Counted from the stretch's first letter, positions 1 through 13,354 are shown. The stretch: DNA of 64,000 nt from Lepidodermella squamata (GCA_047495785.1 JBLDXI010000055.1:124001-188000); one strand, 5' to 3'. The notes: a model not told the origin generated them from the sequence alone. Numbers and translations are program-made.

Positions 1-505
1 GTTGTTTATTATTTTAAACACAGCCGGCTCGAGTATGGATGTGCGATTCTGCTATACAAAAGCATATCTCCATGATATTAAGCCTGCCTTTTTCAATAAA
101 AATTGCCGCCCAGAACAAATAAAATATGGGCGCTGTAGTATGGGAACCTGGACGATGCACCTGCAATCGACATTCTAGAGAGCACCCATAAATATTAACT
201 TCGTTCGTTCTTTACATCATCTAACAAATAGTTTCACCGAAAGGTATGACGGTGCTCAGATGAGAAGTAATCTATATATACCTATAGGGTGATTTTTCTG
301 TGTTCAAATTCTAAAATTCTGACGGTATGCCTTAGTGCAAACACACTTGATTAATCGGAAGCGAAAGTTCATATAGGCGGTCCATTATTCTTCCTGGAAA
401 CGAAAGCACGGACAGCATTTTTCGCGTGCAGAGGTGTAGTTCAGCCTTAAAGCGTCCGAATTTTCATGCTTTGATTTTAAACTTTAAATATTTTTTTAGC
501 TGCTT

Positions 506-2085
506 ATGAAGTTTGAAGACAGTTGCGATTACCCGCAACAACCGCGGAAGAGATCGCAATCGGTTCCATCAAATTTCGAATTACCTACAATCAGCACCGA
601 GTTCCGACTTAGGCGCCTACAGAGTATATCCATAAATGTACTCGAAACTCATGGCAATTCCATCAATGAGTTATCTGACATGGGAGAAGCTGCAGCGATA
701 CTCAACTCATCTGATGAAGAAGAGGCAGCTGAAATTCGCCAGTTGATTCTGCAACAAAACCAAATTATGGCAGAGAATATATTCCGAGTACCACATAAAT
801 GCCCTGTTTCCAGCGAGGACGACCCTCTTGCCGGAATTTTCAAGTACAAACCGTCATGTTGCGCAATGCGTGATTATATGGACATGCCCCCTGATCTACC
901 TGCCCACGATTTGAGGCGAAGATTAACCCAATACGGACTACGGCTTCACACGTATCACATGCAATCCGAAGTTCAGCTCGACAACATAGCGGCCGAATAT
1001 TGGCTAGAGACTGAGAAGCCTATCGACCGAGACGCTTTTTGCAAGCTGCTAAAAGCGACAACTCAGCATACCGACCAGGATAAAGTTCAATGGTGCTTCG
1101 ATAGCTGCTCTGTATGCCTGGCTGATTTTCGTTTCGTTCGAAAGCCTTCGTGTTGTGAAAGCGGAATCTGCCAGATTTGCTGGCAGAATTTCGTTAGAAA
1201 CTCAGCGAAATCTTCAATGCTAACCTACCAAATAACGGGGCTATACAACCTACGATGCTACAACTGTGATAAACTTGTGCCTTATAGCGAAGCTCTCGGC
1301 TGCACTGAGCCGGAAGACATGGTCTTAATACGGCCGAGAAATTCCGAGGGAACCTGGTCAGCACGTTGCCCGGTTTGTCTGAAATTAGCTCCACCTGTGA
1401 TAGCGAACAGTATTGTTCAAACGCCGAAAAGCCGGCGTTTCTCCGTCATCGCCCGATCTGATCTGCGGAAATCGCCTAAATCTGCTGAATCTTTGACACT
1501 CGTTAAAAAGCAGAGGCGAAAGAAAGGTGGCCATCCGTATGCTTGCGACCGATGTGGCAATGTCTACTGCCGTCTTTGTGGTAACTCCAATCATGCAACA
1601 ATGTCATGCGATCAGGTAACAGCAACTGAGGCCGGCCTGATTCAATGGTCCAAACAAAAGGGAGAGTTTTTGAATCCAGATTTCCCGGTTTGTTCACCCT
1701 CTAAACTATGATAGAGAGTGATGTTTTCTTTTTTCAGAACGCTCGGCATTGCCCTTTTTGCGGTATTATGGTGAGTCATTCAGGCGGCTGCCCTCATATG
1801 AAATGTCCTTGCGGGAAAGAATTTTGCTACGCCTGTGGTCATAAATACTACAACCTGCCGTTCCTACGCAGCCATTCGACTTCGAAGCTTCTACCACTAA
1901 TTTCATGCCCGAAGAGATGGAAATCAAAACACCAGCGTCGACTGGTTCATTGCGCTGTTTCAATGGGACTGATTCTCGGGGCAGGTCCCCTTCTCATAGG
2001 ACTTTCGCCTATCGTCTTGCCTGCAGCGCTGACTTATTACTTGGTGAAGAAACATAAAGACAGGAAAAACAGCATTGTTTTTTGA
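506..2085 (+). CDS. RNF217: RBR (RING1-IBR-RING2) E3 ubiquitin ligase, RNF217-like, copy 1; 2 exons (intron 1688-1737)
   Basis: RING1 CSVC..PSCC..ICQIC; IBR CPVC..CDRC..YCRLC..NH..C; RING2 CPFC..GGCPHMKCPC..FCYAC with catalytic Cys; C-terminal hydrophobic TM. The PCC RING1 variant and the tail match the RNF217 family. Confidence 0.85.
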
Positions 2086-3381
2086 ATAATTATATTGCGG
2101 TATAAAAGCTGTTCAAATTACAATTATTACAAAGTAATTTCGCTTCCAGGTGACATATAAAAATTGTAATAAACAAGAATTAATGAAGAGGTGGCACGCG
2201 ATATTATACTGCGTAATGCGCAGAGCTACGTTTTTTTATACATGTCCTGTATAATTTTCTGCTCTATTCTAAAACGACAGTCTGGCTTCCTACTGCCCTC
2301 GGGACACGTGTTGCCTGTATAATAATGACCAAGAAAAAGAAACAATCCGCCATTATCTATATTGCAGTTCGTGTAAACGTGTCGATTTTAAATATTGGTT
2401 TACACTCCGCTGGACGCGAAATATTCACCTCATAGCCGCCTAATATAATGTAAAAAAAATTGCGTGTTAAATAGCTGCGACAATTGCGATGGGTATAATG
2501 TATTGCAAGAGGAGCAGGTATAGTAGAAAAACCGTTTTTACGTTGCTAGTTGCCATATTGCAAGACAGGACCTGCGTTTTCTTGAGGTAATCAATCAATC
2601 ATTGCATAGAAAGGCCTAATCTCTATTATTTTCTTAGTATTGCGCACGTAGGCACTATATGACCTGGTAGTAGTGGGAGGCTAATATCATTTTCTTCTTA
2701 TCACTTCCCCAAAGGGCCGACTCATTGTTTGCGGAAAAAGTTCTGCTGCCCCAAAACCAACTATACCCAGAAGTAATAAATAAAAATCCGAGCGATATTA
2801 TATTACAAATTATTATAAAAGTGGCGTGGCATAAACAATGAATAATCGTGCACTTAACACGCCCATGCTTGACGGCAAATCTACCTCTATGTACACGCTT
2901 CATATTATTCAAGGTGAATCAGGGTCTGCGGCCAAGCAGGCGAGGCAAAGCAAGACCTCATTGGCCGGTGCGATAAAGAAAAATGTATCGCCGTGTTTAC
3001 TGAATAACTCCTACAATATATAACGCCCTTCTTCACTCGGCAGGCCAAGCTTTAAAAAAGTACGATACCCTTTTTTAATACCTGCGCTTCATATATAATA
3101 AATACGCTGTTGTTTTAGGTTCAACCGTGGCGGCATTCTTTTATGTACGCCTTGGCTTACCTGTCTACCACATATACCCATATAGTTTTCATACAAGAGT
3201 GGCGGCAATTGACATTTTAATTATCGCTCTCATGGCGCAAGTAAAAACGGGTATAAAATTGCTGCCAATTTTTTCGGATATTGCGCAAATCATTGCTCTT
3301 CAGGAAAGGCTTACTGACTTCAATCTCGATATTATTGCCTTTTAGATTATTATTATTTTTTATATTATTTTCTATCGGTTG

Positions 3382-5025
3382 ATGAGTTTCAGTCAATCGA
3401 TAAATGATCGCAGCAGTACTGGGCAGTGTGGTAGCTCTCCCGCAGAAAAACCTGCAGAAAATGAGCACAGTTCTACGATGAATAATGATATGGATTCAAC
3501 AATATCGCTGGAACTGAGCGAGGATCGAATCGTCATATCATTAATGACACCAAATTTCGTTAGCTCTCGGCTGCCTAGCGAACAGTCGAATTTTTCGCAG
3601 AGCTTCATCGTCAGCCATCAGTGCCATCCACATGACGAAGATCCACTGTGTGGAATTTTGAATGTAGCGAAAATTCCGAGAGTCGACGATTTTTGCTGTT
3701 TGCAACGGCAATTTTTCGTTGACATGGATCCCATTTTCAACGGCAAGAATATTAAATCTAATTCCGTCAATTACGCCGAATTTTTTACCCAATTCGGGCG
3801 GCGTTTAAATGAAATGGCGATTAACTACGGCAGCCGGAATCTGGTTGCGATGGTGCAGGAATATTGGATGTTACAGCTGCCTCGAACTAACTCGCCCGAT
3901 GTCCCACGAGACTTGACCGATTTTTTGGTCAACACGATGTTGGAAACTGACTCTGACGGCGTTGAATGGGCGTTTGATGAATGTTCAGTGTGCGCCGCTG
4001 CGTGCCGCTTTGTTCGAAAACCTCCATGTTGCCACAAATCAATCTGCCAACCGTGCTGGAAAAACTACGTCCAGATCACGGCGAGATCGTCTATTTCACT
4101 ACACGCTACGGGTGTCTACAACTTGCACTGCTTTTCGTGCGCGAAACTTGTACCGTTTAGCCAAGCCTTGGCTTGCACTGAACGCGACGATTTAGAGCTG
4201 ATTCGGCCGAAATTATTCGGCGCCACGTCGTCGACGCGTTGTTCGAACTGCTTGGAGCAAGCGCCGCCGCTTCTGAACACGGCGGTATCTACGGATCCGA
4301 AGAAACAAGCGGCGTTGTTGAAGAAGCTGCAAAAACAAAAAGGCGGCCACCCGCATACGTGTTCGAGGTGTGGTTACGCGTTTTGCAGGTTCTGCGGCGG
4401 TTCCAATCACCCGAAATTAACTTGCCAACAGCTTAACGAAACCGATGCGGGTTTACAGACATGGGTCAAACAAAAGAGTACCTATCGGCCAGAATTTACG
4501 GTGAGATTTTGATTTAATCATTCAATATTATATGTGCTGGAAATTCGTTGAAATCTTAATATCACCAGCCATCTTAATTTATTTATTTTTATCAATTTCT
4601 GTTTCTAGAATGGTCGAAGATGTCCTAAATGTAAAATTGCCGTGTCTCATGGTGGCGGTTGTTCGCACATGTCTTGCCCTTGCGGGGCAGAGTGGTGCTA
4701 TTTGTGCGGTCGGCGGTTTCTCCAACAGCTGACTTACTTCGAGTCGATTCACAGCAACTCGCCAATGCTACCTCTGATAAGCTGTCCGAAGCTTTGGAAA
4801 TCAAAAACTAAGCGCATAGTTGTTCATTCTCTTGTCGGTATAGGTAAGGGCAATTTATCGCAATTCAATTTCCGTCTTCTCAAATATGGTTTTTTTTCTA
4901 CAGGACTTGTAGTCGGTGTTGCCCCGGCGTTGATCGGCCTGAGCCCTATTGCTCTTTCTGCTTTGCTGACTTTACTAGCTGTTGAAAAATGCCGCAAGCT
5001 GTTGCGATATCACGGCATTATTTGA
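3382..5025 (+). CDS. RNF217: RNF217-like RBR E3 ligase, copy 2; 3 exons
   Basis: Same RING1/IBR/RING2 (GGCSHMSCPC)/TM layout as copy 1. Introns after PEFT (4501) and in GIG (about 4843-4902). Confidence 0.85.
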
Positions 5026-6714
5026 ATAATTTTCATGCAAAACCCTTTCATGCGCCATACATTTCTACGTCAGAAAATAAAATTATGATGGTTTTTCTTA
5101 GTCTTAGTATTTTTTCTTTAGTTCGATGTCAACGAATTGACTAAAATGCGAATGACTCAATTTTCGGGTTGATATGAGCTGTGGTAACAAATCGGGCCGA
5201 TCAGCTTTCTATAAGTAACGGATTGAGCCGATATATATGTGGTTTTTTGGCTCGCGACAAATCTTTTTTTGCTCCGCCGTCGATTAAATTATTCCGCGCA
5301 TTATTTGCGAAAAGGCGCTGCATTTATAATAGGTACACAATGAGAGCGCGCACAAGAAAACAAGGAAGTAGGAGACGCACAAAAAACATGGCGCTTATAC
5401 GCACGCGCTCATACGCAAGAGTTGTTGTAGTACAGCGAAAAAACGAAATACACGGAGAAAATAAGGCGAGACTAGAGCGATTCATCGATTTTTCGGGGCT
5501 CGCCAGTATATCATTATTATTGCATGTTGTGAGCACAACCTGCCAATATAGCTGCTACCCTCCACACGCTCTATTAGACTAAAAAGGCAAACGAATTTGC
5601 AAATTCAAATAGGTAGTCAGCTATAGGACACACTCTACCTGCGATGCTCCTTTGAAACACATCGGTGAAAGCGATCTATAAGCTACAAGGGCGAGCGACG
5701 TCGTGCGTATTTATACCCCGAAACTCTATGTAAAAGACGCAGCTACAATTTTTAAGAAATGACCTCTTTAGTACGGATAACGGCGGCATGCTCACACCCT
5801 GTCATCATCATCAGCAACTTCCTAGGTTCTAACAGAGCCATATAATTCAGTGCTCTTTCGCCTTGCTTCATTATAGCAATACTGTTATGATAGGTGTATT
5901 TTCTATTTTATCAAGTCTTGTACACGCAAAATGTATAACTCCCTCAGGATCGTCGATATATAAGCAAAAAATGATGCAATGTGTTTGCTTCATGTCCGCG
6001 TCTGCTTTAATACGATTCGCGAAAAAATAATAATATTATCATTACACACACACATCTGCGCCTCTATTTCATGCGCCGATTAAGCTGAGAATTTACCCGT
6101 ATATGCAATGTAGAGAGGAATAATCATTAAAAAAAGAGTCAATATACTCGTATGCATGAGCGCGCTCGCGTATCTCGCCAACGGCCGATCATCATCGCGT
6201 GTTAATCGCCGCGGCCTACGGATAATTCTGAACTGGACGCGCCAAGATTTTGTGCTATATACAGCTTTCATTCACCCACCTGTGCGTGTAGTTTTTTCAC
6301 GCGCTCTGCATATCATGATGTATAGCAAGCTTTTTTGCGCACCTGCAATAACATTGCAAGGCAAACGCTGCGTAAAATCTCTATCTTTTTTGAGGCAGAG
6401 CGCGCGAGAAATCTCAATAATAATAAACTGTGGTCATTTATACGATATTACCTCACCTGCTGAAATTCGCCTCACGCCTCCCTCCCCCTCGTGCGATGTT
6501 TTTGGCGGGGAAAAATATTATTATTATGTCTATTACTAATAATTGAAAAGCATGCCGCGCGTACTGCCCGCTCATTTTTTGTACATGCACCTGAAGAAGA
6601 CGACTCACTCTATTGCTTACCCATTAAACATACCGATTCTATTTAGTTGATTTGTTTTTGTTTCATGATAGAACTTTTTCTATTGTAGTAGCTTAGGCCC
6701 CTATTCAATAAACT

Positions 6715-8426
6715 ATGCACACCTCTCTATCAATACTGCCCGATGTTGGCGCCGATCAACATCGCCTAACATGCCCTGCAAACGATCGATCGAGAAGTTT
6801 GCCTAACCTTACCTTGGCTCCGGCGTGTTTACAGCAGCTAGTTGATGGCGAAGACGAGGAATACGATGACAACGACAGCAGGACGACATTAGTACCAGCA
6901 GTTTTTCAACATTTTTCAATCAGCGACGGTTTAAATCGCCAGCGCTTCACCGGCAATCTATTCGACCTTAGTATTGATTTATATGAAGATTTCGGCGTCT
7001 TTCACCGGTGTTTCAATCATGATGACGATCCGTTTGTCGGGCTTTTACTCGACGAAGCGCCAGCCGTTGTTCGAAAGTGCTGTTCGATGCGAACTTTCCT
7101 GGATTTCGCGCACGACATTTTCGACGGCAACTCTCGCGTCGCCCACCTTAAAAACTGCCTAACCGCTTTCGGTGAGCAGCTACAGCGCATCAACGCTTTG
7201 ATTTACGAAATTGATATTCGAATATTGCTACACGATCATTGGAAATTGAAGGGTTATCTACTCGGCCCTGAGCCTTTGCGTGAATTCCTGCGAGAAACTG
7301 TACCGATGCATTGTGATGAAAATGGGGTTGAGTGGTTTTTCGACGAGTGTTCAGTATGTTTTGCCAAGTGTCGCTACGTCAAAAGGCCACCTTGTTGCCG
7401 TGCTAAAATTTGCCAGCCGTGTTGGACGGCTTACTTCACAAACTACAGCAAAACATCGTTGTCCCTTCTAGTAAATGGCGTCTACGATTTGCGGTGTTTT
7501 TCGTGCTCCGCCCTCGTGCCCTACGGGGAGACTATTTCAGCCACTAATCCTCGTGATATGCAGCTGATCAGGCCACATTTGTTCAGCTCGCGAGATGCAA
7601 CAACACGATGCCCGATATGCCTCAAGGCGCCGGAAGACGTGTCTCATAATAGCAATAGCGGTGCTACCTCAACATCAGCCAACGAAATGCTCGAGTTGAT
7701 GCAGATGAGTAGGATGAGCAAGGAGAAAAGCAGGCGAAAAGGTGGCCGGCCGGTGACTTGTGATCGATGTAACCACGTTTACTGCAGTCTTTGTGGCACG
7801 TCGAACCACCCGAAGGTGACATGTCACCAAATCACAGGCTCAGAAATCGGACTTCGGAAATGGACACGCGAAAAAAGTGCTGCGCGGCCTGATTTCCCGG
7901 TAATTGTTTTTCGCCAATTACAATCAGCAATCATCATTCAGTTCTACTAATACAAGCTTTAAACTGCTAATATTTTTCAGAATGGCCGCTTTTGTCCTGT
8001 TTGTCACATTCCTGTTTCGCACTCCGGTGGCTGTCCTCAAATGGTAATTTTATAGACTTTTTTACAATATTAGAAAAAAGCCTTGTTTTTTTAGGTTTGC
8101 CCTTGTGGTGCCGAATTTTGTTATTCATGCGGTAGAAAATATTGCAAAAGCCTTCCATATCTCTTGCCTGGCCATAAGAGCTCTCGCTTCGTGCCCATCA
8201 TCAGTTGCCCTAAATTGTGGAAATCTCAATCAAAGAGAATCGCAGTCCACACGCTCATTGGGCTTGGTCAGTTTTTTCTCATTAATATTCAGCCCCGAAT
8301 GATGCTTTGAATTTTTCAGGCATCATCGTCGGCATCGGTCCATTGGCTCTAGTGGCGTCGCCGTTAGTCATACCGGCAGCTGTGGGCTTCTACTTGATTG
8401 AACGTTCTCGTCGACGGTACCACTGA
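6715..8426 (+). CDS. RNF217: RNF217-like RBR E3 ligase, copy 3; 4 exons
   Basis: RING1 CSVC..PPCC, IBR, RING2 CPVC..GGCPQM|VCPC, and a TM exon ending ERSRRRYH*. Confidence 0.83.
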
Positions 8427-8656
8427 CTAGAGCGCATCAGGACGAACGGATCTCTCAAGCGTCATTGAAAAATCAATCACTGTCTCACCAAAATTGTTAT
8501 GAAAAAACTGAGATGCAATTTCTGAATTTCTGTGAAGAGATCAATTTCAGTCAGTCGTGAAACAAAAATCAATAATAACAAGCCGATTTTTACGAGTAAC
8601 CTAACATCCTGTTCTTATTTTTAGGCAACCTTGAATTTTTATTTTCATGACATCTT

Positions 8657-10328
8657 ATGGCAACTGCTTCCTCACTGCCGTCGTCCTCGCTTGATTTGAG
8701 CAGTTTGGGGCAAACTAGCCACAACGATCTGAGCGATGGCGGCACTTCGGGAGATGAAAGCTTACAATCGGCTGGCAAACTTCACCGATGCTTGAGTTTG
8801 CCTATGCAATCTGGTGGCGTCCTCCGATTTCGGCCATTACCCTCGCTTCACCAGTCCACCTTAATCGGTCATTCGGACAAAACACCGTCATTGAAGAGCG
8901 AAGATTCGCGATATTTTGTCGATTTATTCGGCCGACTTCTGGCCCTCGTTCCTAACTTGCAGGAGTTCGAAATCACTTGCCCGCAGTGCTTGAAACATGA
9001 CGAAGATCCATTTGTCGGAATTTTGGATGAAACGGTGCTGCAGATTGCTTGCTGCCGATTACGAGCCTATCTCGACCTCGTTCCAACCTCTCAGCTATAT
9101 AAGAGTGCTTTCACACCGTACGGCCGGCAATTGAACCAAATAAATTCCCTATACGACGTCGATCTTCGAAGCCGATTGGGCGAACATTGGCGACGAAATT
9201 GGATAACGCTTGGCACGGAGGGTCTACACAAGTATTTACGTCGCTTTATTTCTCATACCGATGAGGAGGGTGTAACTTGGTGCTTCGGCGAGTGTCAAAT
9301 TTGTTACGCGCCATGCCGCTATGTTCGAAAACCGTCATGTTGCCGTCAATCGATTTGCCAGCCATGTTGGACCAGCTACGTCCGAGTCGTGGCTGAGGAG
9401 TCTTTTGTTACACTACAACTGACTGGAACTTACAATTTACACTGCTTCGCGTGTTCGAAATTTGTACCCTACAACGAAGCACTGGCATCGACTGAAACTG
9501 TTGATATGGTAAAAATAAAACCACCTGGGCAATTAATGGCGACTGCACGATGCCCGATTTGTCTCAATCCTGCGCCGCCGATTTACGACGAAAGGGCAAA
9601 AGAAAACGGATCGAACCAAATTGCTTTGGTCAAAAAATTGCGCAATAAGAAGGGCGGATTGCCGGTAACGTGTGAACGGTGTGGTCACATTTTTTGCGCT
9701 GTCTGCAGCACAGCTAGTCATCCTAAGATCTCGTGTGACCAGCTTATTACGACCGACGTCGGATTCCGGATGTGGACTAAGCAAAAAAGCTCAGTTCGAC
9801 CTCAATTTCCCGTATGCAAATTACCTCGAACTTTTAGAATTGTCTTAATTCCTCTCCTTTTCAGAATGGACGCTTTTGCCCTTCATGCGGCATTCCTGTG
9901 ACGCATTCTGGAGGCTGCCCACACATGGTGAGAGTTTGAAATAGTCCTGTTGAAAAATATTTCCAAGCTCGATTCGCTTTAGGTTTGCCCGTGTGGTGTC
10001 AATTTTTGTTACTCATGTGGTCAGAAGCATTACAACAAGCAATACGCTAGATTCTTGCCGAGCCATTCCGGTTCCAGGCTGATACCGATTGTTACTTGTC
10101 CCAAACTATGGAATTCTCAGCCAAAACGGATCCTTGTTCATTCGCTTATTAGTCTAGGTTTGTTGAAATCTCCTTATGTTCAAATTGAACATTATTTGTC
10201 ATTCTTTGATTACAGGACTTTTGGTTGGAGTGGGGCCTGTGGTGCTGGCAATGTCGCCGATCGCTTTTCCCATTCTGCTCACTTTATATTTTGTGAAAAA
10301 GATGAAACGACGGAAAAGGCTTACCTGA
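8657..10328 (+). CDS. RNF217: RNF217-like RBR E3 ligase, copy 4; 4 exons
   Basis: RING1 CQIC..PSCC, IBR, RING2 CPSC..GGCPHM|VCPC, and a TM exon ending KRRKRLT*. Confidence 0.83.
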
Positions 10329-10777
10329 ACTGAATTAATCTATTCCTCTCCTTGAATTTTCCGCGACAATGCTCCTGTGATATATACTTGACGTAGTTTC
10401 TGGGGAGATAGCAAGTGCCGAATTTCAGTCATATTTTTTCATCAAAATCCGAATCGATAGACTCACCTATTTTCTACAATAGAAAATTAGCTGTGCGTGA
10501 ATGAATGTTTGTGCGAATGTAGAGAAATCTCTATAAAAGCTGACAAAATACTTTCCGGTTTTGATCACTCGTTTTTTAGCTGTAGTGTGTATCGTTCCGT
10601 ACTGCAGACAAAAATGAGATGCTGCTTTTTACAGTGTGGTATTTTTCACTATATGAACTCCATGACATGCGAAACTCATTTGCATAACAACTCGATGGAT
10701 TCAAATAAAAGAAGACTCAATTTTTTTTACCGAAAATTACTGACTTTTTATTGCACAAGGCATTCAAAAAACATGAG

Positions 10778-12147
10778 CTAGAGCTCTTCAGGGTGACTAG
10801 AGGAAGAAACAAAACTGTCACTGAGCATTATCTCGTCATTATAAAGCGAACATTGAGCCGAGTAAAAATCGCTGAACAGTTGTCGGGACACATGTAAAAG
10901 CCAGATGATTGCCGAATGACTTAGGCGAAGCAATTCTTCACGACTTGCATTGGAATCGTGGTCGAGATCAACTAGCTGCTCGAAAAAATTACGAACGGTT
11001 GATTTCAACAACTCAAACTGCTCAAATTTGGGAGACCAATCACGAGGCAGCAGGTGTTCGAGCGTTATTTCAACAAAATTTCCTTGGCTCACCAACTTGC
11101 TGAAGGTATCGGATTTTTTTAGCAGAGCATTGATCAAATTGTTAACATCTCGATTAGTCGCTACTGCTACGGGAGCGATTTGATCGAACAGCGGGTAGCA
11201 TTCTGGTCTATCGACATCCAATGGGTAAAACCAGAAAGAAATCGCAATCGATCGATCAGCCGTGTCGATTTGATGAAGCCAATGAAAAGGAATGTATAAA
11301 CAATCACCAGCATTCAGAGTCGTTTTTGAGAATCGTCTCGACTTGAGAACTTCGTACTTGACAGGGTCCACCCTAAAATAATTAAATGATGTATTCGGTA
11401 ATAACATTTAGCGAATTATGATTTACATGTCAACATCAATCGAAGAATGAAGTCCGATAGGGTTAATATCTAGCGAAAATCGACCATCAACAGGATTCAA
11501 CAGTAAGACCTCTTTCGAGCCAGTCAGGAGACAAAATACATTTTCCATATCGTCGTAATGCAGATGCGACTTGGTACCACCGGCTGACATCCAAATAGTC
11601 TTTGAAAAAAAAGCAATTAAACAACTGACATTTCATTAGGCAAAATGCTTACAATGGCAGGGAAATCAGCCAATTTTACGTCCCCTGAGCTTGCGTTGCA
11701 ATATTTGGCCATGAACTGTGGAACTTCTACATCTCCACTGTTCATAAGACTCGCTGGCAAATTATCGACAAGATACCAGTCGTTTGATCGATAGCCTTGA
11801 ATGAATTCAGCCATACTTAAGCTCAAGGTTTGTTTTTGCTCTCGTCGTTCTTTTTTGCCGATTTCAACATTGCATCGCGTATTAGACGAAGCTGTTGACT
11901 CGATAAGGTATTCGTCGGTCCACTTGGCAAGTGCTGGCCACGAGGCAACGGCTCCTCGGAAGACGAACGGCTTTTTGCAGAAGGCTTGCCGCCAAAAAGT
12001 TTCGGCAGCTTCCGCAACGTCAGAGAAATTCGCTTCATCTCTCAGATCAGCGGTCCTATCTCGCACGAAATCTCTCAAATTCACAGCAGACGAGTGATGA
12101 AGAAAACACAATACAACGAGTAAAATCTCTATAGGGCTGTTTATCAT
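10778..12147 (-). CDS. Secretory-pathway JmjC/Cupin_8 2-oxoglutarate dioxygenase with EF-hand-like loop; 3 exons
   Basis: Signal peptide; KPFVFRGAVASWPALAKWT; IWMSAGGTKSHLHYDDMEN (HxD); GDCLYIPFHWLHQI (distal His); DLDHDSNASREE; C-terminal HPEEL. Confidence 0.8.
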
Positions 12148-12203
12148 TCACGAGCCCATCGAGGACCTAGAAGAATAAAGAAATAACAAGTTTCGCGTTA
12201 ATT

Positions 12204-13352
12204 TTAGAAAATTTCTCCCCAATTGATTCCGGTCAATCGATAAATCAAAATATCTGGCATATCACTAGTAACAGCAAGAATAAGTTCATTCTCATCGTTA
12301 GATGGCATGAATTGAATAGAATTCGGGTCGAATTTCAACTTTTGACTAATCAACGGAGCCGCCGTGAACATCGGGTCTTGGCTCGTTGAACTACACCCGC
12401 CGCTCGGTTTCACTCCAAATACTCGAATTGCACGATCACAGCCGCCGGAAATTGTCGCCAAAAGCCGGCCATTAGGCGACCAGGCCACGTCGTAGACCGG
12501 GGTAGGGTCCGGAGTCCAAGTTATTGGCTCGGCAGTCTCCATTTGCCGCTCAGATTGAGCATCGCCTTGAACTCGTAGAACAGCCTCGAGTCCAAATTGC
12601 TTCTGTTGAGGTGTCAAACGCCATAGTCTGACCGACCCATCGGCACTAGCCGAGGCCAAACGGCCCGCACTATCGCTAGGGTCGAAAGCTAACGACCAAA
12701 CGGTTGAGGTGTGACCGGAGAGCGACTGGTCAGTGTTCCATTGACCGTCAGCTTCTCCGCGGTGGGTGCACACAACATCGTCATAGCCGCCAGAGGCTAA
12801 AATAGACGAGTCAACAGGGTGGAATACAACTGATTTCACGTCTTGCGAATGAGCTGAAGTCAACATTTCGGCGCATTCGAATGATGACTGCTCGTCTTCG
12901 TCACTTTCACGACTCCACAACCAAATGCTTCGATCACGTGAGCAACTCGCCAAAATTTCACCGTTCGGAGACCACGACAAGCTTTTAACCTCACTTTCGT
13001 GGCCTTCCAGTAACGCAAACTGCTCGAACTCGCCTGAATCTTCATCGCGTTTCCATACGCAAACAGTTGCGTCGAACCCGGCCGAAGCAAGGAACTGGCC
13101 ACAAGGTGACCAGGCGATAGTTCGAACCGTCCTGGTGTGAACGCCGTCTAATTTCTGCAAAATCTGCCACTTCTGCGAGCTCTCAGAACCTTTCGCAGGT
13201 TTACGCCACAGACAAACCGATCTATCGGTACCACATGTGGCTAGGATATTACCAGTCGGTGACCAACGCGCTTGCCATACAGTTTCATCATGCCCGCCCT
13301 GAAGTCGGTTAACTAATTCCAACTTTGGTGGCATCAAGTCGTGCATGACCAT
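12204..13352 (-). CDS. CIAO1: Cytosolic Fe-S assembly WD40 protein CIAO1; intronless
   Basis: WD40 repeats with the family strings HTRTVRTIAWSPCGQFLASAGFDAT, LEGHESEVKSLSWS, AHSQDVKSVVFHP and GHTSTVWSL. Confidence 0.92.
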   Translation of the reverse strand: MVMHDLMPPKLELVNRLQGGHDETVWQARWSPTGNILATCGTDRSVCLWRKPAKGSESSQKWQILQKLDGVHTRTVRTIAWSPCGQFLASAGFDATVCVWKRDEDSGEFEQFALLEGHESEVKSLSWSPNGEILASCSRDRSIWLWSRESDEDEQSSFECAEMLTSAHSQDVKSVVFHPVDSSILASGGYDDVVCTHRGEADGQWNTDQSLSGHTSTVWSLAFDPSDSAGRLASASADGSVRLWRLTPQQKQFGLEAVLRVQGDAQSERQMETAEPITWTPDPTPVYDVAWSPNGRLLATISGGCDRAIRVFGVKPSGGCSSTSQDPMFTAAPLISQKLKFDPNSIQFMPSNDENELILAVTSDMPDILIYRLTGINWGEIF

Positions 13353-13354
13353 AT

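Noticed and set aside
2086-6714. Short ORFs in the spacers between RBR genes (e.g. 5181-5582, 6156-6539)
   Set aside because: No homology or motif support; they look like chance ORFs in promoter or UTR DNA.
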